This document shows, one piece after another, positions 11,801-23,800 of a DNA stretch of 25,763 nt. The translations under genes and the position numbers were made by a program. This DNA comes from Chiloscyllium plagiosum (Eukaryota). The stretch spans positions 48,302,378 to 48,328,140 of the forward strand of contig NC_057718.1 in the NCBI RefSeq assembly GCF_004010195.1, read 5' to 3'. Each line of letters opens with the position of its first letter. The first letter of the stretch is position 1. Under the pieces are notes generated by a model, which ran no database searches, had not been told where the DNA came from, and saw nothing but the letters and a program-made list of their open reading frames with translations.

Positions 11801-14800
11801 TAAAGAATGCCCTAAAAAAAAGACGACAGTGAAACAAAGAAAATTAAAGAGCTTTAGGCTGGTATGACTGAAAGCACAACTGTTAATGGCGAAATGCTTA
11901 AAAAAAATCAGAAACGCACAAGAGGCCAGAATTTTTTTTTTAGATTACATTACAGCGTGGAAACAGGCCCTTCGGCCAAACAAGTCCACACTAACCCGCC
12001 GAAGCGCAACCCACCCATGCCCCTTACCTAACACTACGGGCAATTTAGCATGGCCAATTCACCTGACCTGCACATCTTTGGACTGTGGGAGGAAACCGGA
12101 GCACCCGGAGGAAACCCACGCAGACACAGGGAGAATGTGCAAACTCCACACAGTCAGTCAGTCGCCTGAGGCGGGAATTGAACCCGGGTCTCTAGCGCTG
12201 TGAGGCAGCAGTGCTAACCACTGTGCCACCGTGCCGCCCAATTGAAGAGTAATGAACTCAATCAGTTATAGAGCTGGAGAAGAAGGTTGGAGAAAGGCCA
12301 TGGAGGGACTGAAACATGGCTGAGTTGTTGTTTGACCAGAGCCCAGTGTACATCAGTAAGCACAAGTCTGATGGATAAATAAAACTTGGTTCGAGTTAAG
12401 ATATGGGCAGTGAAGCTTTGGGTGAGCTCAAGTTTACAATGGGAGCAAATTGAATGATCAGCCAAGAAAGTTCTAATATAGGCAAGAACTACCCTCAGTG
12501 TGAAACTTTACAGATTTATGCATTGTATTAGTCATAGAGATGCACAGCACGGAAACAGACCCTTCCGTCCAACTCATCCATGCCGACCAGATATCCCATC
12601 ACAATCTAGTCCCACCTGCCAGCACCCAGCCCAGCCTCCAAACCCCTCCCTATTCATATACCCATCCAGATGCCTTTTAAATGTTGCAATTGTACTAGCC
12701 TCCACCAAGCCTCTGGCAGCTCATTCCACACACGCACAACACCCTGCATAAAAAGGTTGCCTCTTAGGTCTCTTTAATATCTTTCCCTTCTCACCCTAAA
12801 CCTATGCCCTCTAGTTCTCCCACCCCAGTGAAAAGATCTTGTCTATTTACCCTATCCATGCCCCTCATGATTTTATGAACCTCTATAAGGTCAGCCCTCA
12901 GGCTCCGACACTCCAGGGAAAACAGCCCCAGCCTGTTCAACCTCTCCCTGCAGCTCAAATCCTCCAACCCTGGCAACATTAGATTAGATTAGATTACTTA
13001 CAGTGTGGAAACAGGCCCTTCGGCCCAACAAGTCCACACCGACCCGCCGAAGCGTATACCACCCAGACCCATACTCCTACGTTTACCCCTTCACCTAAAA
13101 CTACGAGCAATTTAGCATGGCCAATTCACCTAACCTGCACATTTTTGGATTGTGGGAGGAAACCGGAGCACCCGGAGGAAACCCACACAGCCACGGGGAG
13201 AATGTGCAAACTCCACACAGAGAGTCGCCTGAGGCGGGAGTTGAACCCGGGTCTCAGTCCCTTAGTGTGGACTGGTTGGGCCTAAGGGCTTGTTTTTGCA
13301 CTGAAGGGAATCTAATCTAATCTAATCTAAATCTATCCATGAAATATTGTGTTACAGGCTATCTTTATTAACTTACCTACCAGCTCACTATATTTATTTA
13401 TACCAGGTTCCCGTTCGTTCATCCTTAACCCTTTACTAACCTGTTATTTACGATAACATGGTTTCATCCATTCATTCATAAAACCGTCATTCATTCCTGA
13501 TGAAGGGCTTATGCCCGAACCGTTGATTCTCCTGCTCCTCGGATGCTGCCTGACTTGCTGTGCTTTTCAAGCACCACAATCTCGACTCTGATCTCCAGCA
13601 TCTGCAGCCCTCACTTTCTCCTAATGGTTCTGAGGTAGCCAAATTTAAAAACAATCGTTTCAAACCCATTACTGCATTTTCACACCTTATCAGTATACAG
13701 AACAATAACATGCATATCAAATCTCCAAGAAACAATATTATATTAATCAGTCCATATTAACCATCTTCTGGACCTAAATAGATTAAGTACCTATTAAATA
13801 CCTTTTAATTGGGCATTATCCCTTTAAGAAACTAACTAACAAAACTGCGCTTGCATGAAATTGCATGAATGAATGAAACTCATACCGGCAAATAGTAAGT
13901 AAATCTCACAAGCCGGCTACAGTAATTAGTTTAATATCCTTTATTCTTTTATTACAATTTCTATTTAGAGTTTATAGGCCTAGTATTTTTGCTAACATTT
14001 ATTAATTTAAAAGACAAAAGGGCTAACACCTCTTAATTACGCAACCAGACCAGACAGACATCCCGTCAGAAGTAGCAGCCAGCAATTAGCATGTTTTAAC
14101 CCATCTCCTGTCTCCCAGGACAGAAGCCCTTCAAACCTTTGTGTACTATAGATAAAAATGTAACACCAGAGAAATGGAATTTTTAATATATGTAAGAACT
14201 GTGTCTAAAGGGGCTCTTATAAGAACTGTGTTTCGGAATTCTATTGCCACCTCAAACTTGTGCTGTGATTGCTGAATAAAGAGGCTATTTTTGCCACTCA
14301 CTGATTTCGGTCATTATTTGAACATGATCCCACACCCCTCTCAACTTAACCTACGCCCTCTACTTTTGGACTCCCCTACTCTAAGGAAAAGACGTTGGCT
14401 ATTCATCTTATCCAGGCTCCTCATGATTTTATAAATCTCTGTAAGGTCACTTGACAGCCTCTGATGGTCCAAGGAAAATAGACCCAGCTTATTCAGCCTC
14501 TCCCTATAGCTCAAATCTTCCAATCCCAGCAACATCCTTGTAAGTCTTTTCTGAACCCTTTCAGCTTTCACAACATCCTTCCTATAGCTAGGTGACCAGC
14601 ACTGAATGCAATATTCTAAAAGTGGCCTAGCCAATGTCCTATACAGCGGCAACACAATCACCTATACTAAATGCACCGACCAATAAAGGCAAGCGTATCA
14701 AATGCCTTCTTCACTACCCCGTCAATCTGTGACTCCACTTTCAATGAACTATAAACCTACACCCCAAGGTCTCTTTTTTTCGGCAACACTACCCAGGACC

Positions 14801-17800
14801 TTACCATTAAGTGTATCAGTCCTGCCTTGATTTGCCTTTCCAAAATGCAGCATCTCACATTTATTTAAATTCTATATATCACTCCTTGGCCAATTTGACC
14901 ATATGATCAAGATCCTGTTGTACTGTGAAGAAACATTCTTCCCTGTCCACAGCACCACGAAATTTGGGATGAAACTGCTCCCTGGTTTGAAAAATGTGGT
15001 GCTGGAAAAATACAGCAGGCCAGGCAGCATCCGAGAAGCAGGAGAATTGACGTTTCGGGCATAAGCCCTTCTTCAGGAATCTTCCGCAGTCCTCACTTTC
15101 TCCTAATGAAACTGTTCCCTACCTACTTTGCAATGCCAACATATGAATTAAGGGCAGGAGTAAGCCAATCAGTTTTATAAGGTCAAGGCTGGTCTGATTA
15201 GTCCACTTTCATGGCTGCCCTGATAATCATTCCTTTTTTATCAAGAATTTATCTACATCTGCCTCAAAAATAGTCAAGTTCTTCCACCATCTCATAAGGA
15301 AAATAGTTTCAAAGGTGCATGACCCTCTATGAGAAAAAATTCTCATCACCTCTGTCTTAAATGGTTGACCCCTTATTTTTAAATGATAAAACCAGTTCTA
15401 GATTCTACCATAAGAGAAAACATACTTTCTACATCCACCCTATCAATACCCGCTTACCTAGAACATCTTCTAACCATGTCAACATGTTACCCCCTGCATG
15501 ATATGCTTCTTTTTTCACAATAACATTACCAAATGACTCTGAAAATCTAAGCATAGTACATCCACTGATTCCTTTGTCCATTGCACATTACTTCCTCAAA
15601 TAACTATTGGTTAATCATAATTTCCTTTTCACAAAATCGAGTGACTCTACATGATTGTCTTGCTATAATACTTTAAAAATAAGTTCTAAATCTTCCCTGT
15701 GACAGATGTTAAACTAACTAGCCTGCAACTTCCTGCTTCCCATTTCCATCGCTTTTTGAATAAAAGAGTCACATGCACAATCTTCCAATCGAATAGAACT
15801 TTTCCTGAATCTCGGGAGTTTGAAAAAGTAAAACCAATAAGCCAACTAGCAATTTATTTTAAGATCTTGCATTGAAGTCCGTCAGAATCTGGGCAATTAT
15901 CAGCCCATAGCTCAAACAATATGCTCAGTATCACTTCCCCAATGCTTGTAATTTTGAGACCCCTTTTCATTTTCTGTTTTAGTTATTTCTGGGATGTTAC
16001 CTGTATCTTCTGTAAGTGAAGACTGATGCAAAGTACCTGTTCCATTTATCAGTCTTCTTATTTTCCATCATTATTTCTCCAGAATCATATTCTTAGGACC
16101 AATGCTCACTTGGTTAACTTCTGTAAAAAATATCTAACGTTTCCAGCTACTTTTCAGTCTAGTAATTTTACCATTTCTTAGCTGTGTTTTATAATCTGTC
16201 AAATTTTCTGATCCACCAACCACCTTAATACAATGATATGCTTTGGTTATAAGTTTAAAATGATCTTTAACTTTCATAGCTAGTCACAGATCTCCTTGGA
16301 ATTTTTCATCCTGTTGAAATGTATTCTGTGTTTTCTGAAATAACATCTTAAAATGTCTGCCACTGCATCTCTCTTGAACTCTCTATCTCTATTAATTTGC
16401 CAGTTCACTTTTGCTAGCTCTGCTTTTATGCCCTCATAATTGCCCTCATTCAATTTTAAAATACAAATCTTGAACTCACTCTTCTCTCCATTAAAGTGAA
16501 TGTAAACTTTAATCATATTATGATCATTGCTACCGAGGGGTACCTTCACATGAAGTTTTAGTTAATCTTATCTCATTGTACAATACTAGGTCTAGCATAT
16601 TGTATCCCAAGCAGCAATCTCTGTTCATTTAATGGTTAACCTTTGCTCTCTAGTTGGCTCAAATGCAAATATCTAACAATGTACTATTTTGTTCACTAAA
16701 TACACTTTGTTGTATGCACAAAAGATGCTCCTACATCACTGCTGCCATTTTGTAGCCATTATTATTCATTTGGTCTTACGTTCATCCCTAAATATTCTGT
16801 TTGATCTCAATTCCTTGCACGCAACTCCACAAGAGACTGGCTAGTTTATTAACATTTCTAAGTTACATACACTATATCCTTATCTGAGGCTTGGTTAGCT
16901 TTGTTGGCTGGAGTTCTGCTTTACAAAAGGGTTAGGTTTAGGGTTAGTGGAGAGTGACACCAACAGTGCATTTTCAATTCCTGCACCAGTTGAGGTTACT
17001 ATGAAGGACCCTCCTCATCAACCTTGCCCCTTGCCTGAAATACGGTTAATCCCGAGGTTAAATCGTCACTCACTAATGAGAGAGCAACCCTACGATCCAC
17101 TAGAACAATGGCAACTTTACCTTTATCGTTTACATTCCTATTTGTAAGATTTTTTAAAGTAGTATCTGAGACCCACACTATGCAATACTTACAGTTGTTT
17201 AAAAATAAGAACAGTTTTGAATTTTAAGGCACGTCTAAGCTTCCATGCTGTCTTTACCACAACTCCTAGGTTTGCTGTTACTTTGCTCTTCCAAGTTTCG
17301 TCTTCTTACTGTAGTTTTGTTTTCCAACAGTTAAGTACATTTATTTAAGTTTACTGATTAATGTCCGTATTTTACGATTAGCGATGAAATGATGATGCTT
17401 GTCATTGCCCACAAAGATTTAACAACCGCTGTAGCATAGGTTTCCCATTTTGAATCTTCTGCAAAGTCATGGGGCTTCCAGTTATTTCATCATAAGCAAC
17501 TAGTTACACTTAATTACACCTTATTGAGTATGAATTAAGTCACTGGCCATATACAGGTGATTAAAGTAGAAACTGAAATGTCAAACATTTCATAATTTTA
17601 AAAATACGAAAATGCTATTTTAAAAGGGGGAAATCAGACATTCCACAAATATAAAATCAGCTTTTCAAGGTCAGAGTGGTTTTTCAACAGCAATTAAAAT
17701 TAATTCAACAACCTTTGCAAGGCTTTTAACAGTCAGACCCACACTGTAAAGGACAAGCTCTCGTCAGTTCAATGATTCTCAATTGCTGTAAGTCTGGGAT

Positions 17801-20800
17801 AGGAACCCAATGGAGAAGTCTAAAATCACTAATAGTAACTTCTGGTTTTCTGCGTATAAGTACACATTTACAAACATTGAATGTTGCTGTCAGTTTCAGA
17901 GGAGTGATAACAGCAAATGTGTTTTGCCATTATTATTATTATTGCACAATCTTTCTTTCAATAGGCATGAAGCAGCAGAAATCATTCCTTCAGAGATTCC
18001 ACACAGGCACACAAGCCTGAACAGCCTTTTTAATGCTGTAAAATTATATGATTTGAAAATTATTTTTACATTGCTTGTTGTGATTCATGTGTCAGTTGTC
18101 TTCACAGGTTAATAGCGTTGCATTGCCTCATGATTCTGGATGGTTAATCTCCCACACTTGTTCCATTATCTGACTTAGTGTCAATTTTGATTTTCACATC
18201 CATTCTCAACAACACCAGTCTTGTTTCATGGTATTTTGCCAGGTTCTCCCTGATCGTCCTACATCTACCTGACGTTCATCCATATTGCGTTTCAAGCACC
18301 AATGTCCATCTCTGTCCATTTAATTGCCACACTTTGTAGCCTCCCCTCACAAGCCTAGAATCAATTTAACAAATTGATTTTTAACATTCTTATAGTGCTG
18401 TATTCTACCACCATGAAATGTAACCTGCAGTTCTTACTAACTCTTTCCCAGCACCCATGAGGAAAAAAATAGCAGAGGAAGAAACAAGAAAGAAGTGACA
18501 TTCAGAAATGAGAAAGGGAGAGAGACACAGAAGCATGTGAGAAGACAGGCTGAAAACAAGCAGAAACTTACATTGACCAGTTAGAAAACAAATATTTGCA
18601 TTCATGTTGCACCACTCACAATTGGAGAACATCCCAATGTACTTTACAGCAGTTTAAGTACTTCTGAATTGCAGTTACTGTTGTATTGTAGGAAACATAA
18701 CAACTACTCAGTATGCACAGCCCTCAGTGCCAGCCTGGTTGTGTCAAATCTCTGGAGTGGGATGCAAACCCATTCAACCCTTCAGAGTTGAAGGGAAGAG
18801 TGCCAGTATTGAGTCACAGCTGATACATATGCAAGACAGGCATACGCTATCCTCCAATATGGAACAATTCTGGGGATCTACTTGTAACACCATTTAGTTT
18901 GCACTTTATGTTTCTCAAACAATTAATTCTGATAATGTGTTATGACGAGACGAGCAGGAGTGAATCAGCTCCCTTCGTTTTAACCCTCTTGCTTAACCAA
19001 AACAACAATGTCTAATTCTTTTCAGCACACAGCTTCCTCACATTTTCATTAAACACAATTTCCCAGCTAAAAATTTAAAAAGTCAATTACGAGGTTGTGG
19101 TACCTAGAATTGGATACAGTACTCCCATTGAGGACTAATCAGGTTTTGTACAGGTCCACCAAATTTCCTTGCTGTCGCACATTTTGTTTTAAATTTGGTC
19201 ATGGGATGTGGTTTCCACTAATTAGGCCAATATTTATTATCCACCCCTAGTTGCCTTGGAGAAGGTGATGGCAAACTGCCTTTGTGAACTGCTGCAATCC
19301 ATGGGGTGCAAGGACACCCATTATGTGATTGGGAAGGGAGTTGCAGGATTTTGACTCAGCAAGTGAGGGAACAGTGAAATATTTCCAAATCAGATTGGTG
19401 TGTGGTTTAGAGGGGGACTTGGAAGTGATGGTGTTCTATTGTACCCACTGCCCTTGTCCTTCTAGATGATAGTGATTGTGGGTTTCAAAGGTGTTTAAAT
19501 TTCTGCAGTGCAACCTGTAGATCACACACAGTGCTGTCACTGTCTGCCTGTGGTGGAAGGAATGAAGGTGTGCCATTCAAATGGACTGCTTTGTGCTGGA
19601 TGGTCCCAAGTTTCTTGGATGTTGTTAGAGCAGGACTCAACTAGGTAAGAAGGGAGTATTCCCTCACACACCTGACTTATGCCTTGTAGGTGTGGACAGT
19701 CACTGCTAGATTGCTAGCCTCTGATCTGCTCTTGTAGCCATGATATTTATAATGTTTACTCTATTTAGTTTCTGGTCAATGGCAAAATGCCAGATAACGC
19801 CACTGAATATTAAGGGGTGGTGCTTACCTTTTCTCATGTTGGAGATTGTCATTGCCTGGCACTGTGTGGTGTGAATGTTAATTCCCACTTTTTACCCAAG
19901 CTTGAATATTGTCTAGGTCTTGCTACATTTGGACACAGACTGCTTCAGTATTTGCGAATAGTGCTGAATGTAGTGTCATCATCAGCGAACATCCTAACTT
20001 CTGATATTATGATGGAGGGATGAAGCAGCTGAAGTTAGCTGGGCCCAGAACATCACACTGAGAAACACCTGCTGAATGCCCTGGTGCTGTGATGATTGTC
20101 CTCCAACAATTACGATTGTCATTTGCACTCGGTATAACTCCAATCAGCAGAGAGTTCTTCCCCTGATTCATGTTGACTCTAGGTTTCCTAGGGCTGCTTG
20201 ATGCCACATACTGTAAAGTATGACTTTGACATCAAGAGCAGTCACTTGTACCTCATCTCTGGAGTTCAACTCTTATGACTACTTGCAAGCCAAGAATGTA
20301 ACGAGCTCAGCTGTTGAGTGGGCCTGGCATAAGCCAAACTAAGCATCAGTGAACAGTTTATTGCTAACCAAGTGTCTCTTGATAGTATTGTTAATGACAT
20401 CTTTCATTACTAACTTGATGATCAAGGATACACTGATAGGGTGGTAACTGGCTGAGTTGGATTTGCCCTGCTTTTTGTGCACAGGACATACCTGGGCAAA
20501 TTTCCACATTGTCAGGTAGACGTCAGTGTTAGTTGTACTGGATCTGCTTGACTTGGGGTGCAGCAAGTTCTGGAGCACAAGTCTTCAGTACTATTTCCAG
20601 AATATTGTCAGGTCTCATTGCCTTTGCAGTATCCAATGCCTGCAGACCTGTCTTGATGTCAGGTGGTTTGAATTCAAATGTCTGAAGACTGGCTGGGGAT
20701 CTCTGAAGGAGGCTGAAATAATCATCCAGGAGAAAGTAAGGAATGCAGATGCTGGAGATCAGAGTTGAAAAGTGTGGTGCTGAAAAAGCACAGCTAGTCA

Positions 20801-23800
20801 ACCAGCATCCAAGGAGCAGGAGAATCAACGTTTTAAGCATAAGCCCTCGAAATGATCATCCATCCAAGATGCTTACAAATGCTTCACCCTTATTTTTTGC
20901 ACTGATGTGCTGGGCACCCTCATCACTGAGGGATGGAAAACTTCTGGAGCCTTCCTGTCCATCAGCTATTTAATTGTCCACAATCATGCACAACTGAACG
21001 TGGTGGGTCTGAACAGCATGAATAGTGGGATCACTTAGCTCTGAACAACTTGCTGATTATGCTGTTTGGTAAGTAAGCAGTCCTGTGTTGACACCTCAAT
21101 TTTAGCTATGCCTGGCATGCCCCCCTGCACTGTTCACTGAACGAGGATTGATCCTAGCTTGATGGCAAAGATAGAGAATGGTTTTGCCAAACCATGAGGT
21201 GATAGATTCTGGCTGAAATCACTTCTGCTGCCGTTTATGACACACAGTATCTGGTCTTGAGTTGCTACATTTATTCAAAATCTATCCCATTTTATAAAAT
21301 CATTAGAGACATGAATAGGGTGAATGGCTTTCTTCTCGGACAGGGTAGTTCAAAACCAGAGGACTTAGATTTAAGATGAGGGGGACTGATTTAAAAAGGA
21401 CCTGAGGGGTAACTTTTTCATGCAGAGGGTGGTCAGTGTATGGAATGAGCTGCCAAAGGGAGTGGTGGAGGCAGATACAATTACAACATTTAAAAGGTAT
21501 CTGGATGGGTATATAAATAGAAAGGGTTTAGAGGGATATGGGCCAAATGCTGACAAGAGGGACTAAAACAGACTGAGATGCCTGGTCAGCATGGATGAAT
21601 TGAATCGTGCTGTACAATTCGATTAGGTAATGCCATAACTCTATGTCTATTTACTTTACCCAGGTTATGCTTTGCTACCTGCTTTCTGAATCAGTCCTGC
21701 CATCTTCTAACAACTTGTGGATACATGCAAAGTTGTAAAATATCTCTGTCCCACACCCCTTTAAAACTGTAAACTTTATTTTATGTTGCCTATCCTCATT
21801 CTTCATATCAAAATGTATCACATCTGGAATCTCTCTGAATGTATCACATCTCTCTGAATTAAATTTCATCTGCTGAATGCCTGCCCATTCCACAAGTCCA
21901 TGTCCACTTGAAGTCTCTCATGACCCCTCCATATTCACGGCATTTTGAAATGTTGCATTATTTGCAAATTCTGAAACAATACTTTGTTCCAACTAAGTCC
22001 AAGTCATTAACATAGATAAAAAAAAGCAGTTCTAGTGTCTTCCGCCTATCCAAAACAAAATTCACTTGTCGGTTTCATGTTGCTCAACTAATGTCATATC
22101 CAAGTTTCTACTGTCCCTTTTATTCCACAAGGTGAGATTCCTTTATGCAGGATTGGAACACAGCCACAACCACACCTTCTGCTTACACAGCACTTACTCA
22201 TTTTACTGTAGGAGACTAACCTCTGTGGGCAGAGCCCTTGCTGGTTATGCATTCAGCCCATGGAATGGTATGTTAAACACAGAAATGGTATCGTTCTGGG
22301 AGGCAGTGGAAAGGGCTGTTGCAACTATAAAAGGTTTTTGAAGAAGCAAACTTGGCCAAAGACATGGCAAGGTGTAACGGGGCACTGCTAGTGACTAAAG
22401 CAAATTGGCAAGAAAGCAGTATAACCAGTGGGATGTTGGAAGAATGGCAGCAGCCCTTAACTAAAGGCTGATGATATCTCAGATAATGCAGATGGTGCTA
22501 ATAGCCAATAAGGGGGGTATATGTATCCATTGTGGTTAAAGTATTCCCAGAAAAAAAACAGGGGCAAATTCATATTAGTGTTTAAGATTGGAATGAGAAA
22601 AGATTGCAGTCTTAGACGAGGTGATTATGACTGCGGTAAGGCCATAAGTGAACTCCAAATTTGTATCAGATGCGAAGTCAGCCAACCTCCAGTAGGATTC
22701 CAGAGGGGTAATGGTGGATGAAGGATTTCAGCAAACGTTCTACCTAAAATAGGTTGGTTGGAAAAGGGATCCAAACGCAGAAACGTCAGGGGACAACGGG
22801 GGAAGGTAAAATTAGGTCATGTTTGTTTGTTAGGTCATACTGAATCACAGAATTGTTACAGTTCAGCAGGAGGTCACTCAGCCCATTGTGCTGCATCAGC
22901 GCCTCAAATGAGCATCATGAACATCTTCTCTCACACACCATTGCACATGATTTCTATCCAAATAATCATCCAATGCCCTCTTGATTGTCTCAATCGAATT
23001 TTTCTCTACCACATTTCCAGGCAGTGAATTCCACAATCTAATTACTCGCTGTGTGAAGAAGCTTTTCTTGCTTCTTCTGCACATCACTTTAAATCCATGC
23101 ACTCTCATCCTTGTTCCTTTTATGAGCGCGAACAACTTCTCTCTATTTATTCTAGCCAGTCCATTCATGATTTTGAAAACCTCTATCAAATCTCATCTCA
23201 GCTTTGTTCTGTCTGTGGGGAACAGGCCCAACTTCTTCAATCTATCTGCATAACTGAAGCTTCTCATTCCTGGAAACCATTCTTCTAAGTCACTTCTGTG
23301 CTCTCTCCAACACATTCACGTCTGTTCTATAAAGTGGCACCTAAAACTGTGTACAATGGTCCAGCTGAGGAATAGCAAATGTCTTGAACAAGTTCAACAT
23401 CATCTTGCTCTTGTACTCTCCACTCTTAATAAAACCATGGATACTGCATGTTTTATTAACTGCAGATTTGTCCTGCCATCTTCAATGATCTGTGCACAAA
23501 TACACAGAGGTTCCTCTGTGCCTGTATCATGTTAGAATTCTCCCTCCTACTTTACATTGTCTTTCAATGTTCTTCATACCAAAGTGTACTACCTCATACT
23601 TCTCTGCACTGAACTTCACATGTCACCTATCCGCCCTCCACACCAACTTGCCAATGTCATTTGGAGTTTCCGACATTTTTCCTCACAATTTACAATTCTT
23701 TCAAGTTTTGTGTCATCTGCAAATTGTCCCCTGCTCACCAAGATCTAGATAATTAATAGCAATTCATAATCATGAACAGGAAAAGCAAAGGTCCCAATCC

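Noticed and set aside
9343..13320. Recurring peptides such as LDCGRKPEHPEETHADTGRMCKLHT in several ORFs
   Set aside because: Translations of the non-coding V-SINE core, not a gene family.
17258..17308. Possible 51-nt phase 1-1 cassette exon on minus (V-RRRNLEEQSNSKPRSC-G)
   Set aside because: Frame-compatible, but the acceptor has no pyrimidine tract (aaaacaaaactacAG) and the donor G|GTAAAG is weak; needs RNA evidence.
21812..21860. Local duplication aatgtatcacatct / ctctctgaat
   Set aside because: Ordinary slippage inside a dead CR1 fragment.
22290..22735. VERAVATIKGF and VMVDEGF resembling PIF/Harbinger transposase motifs
   Set aside because: They occur in the reverse of the expected order and are separated by stops; likely coincidence.
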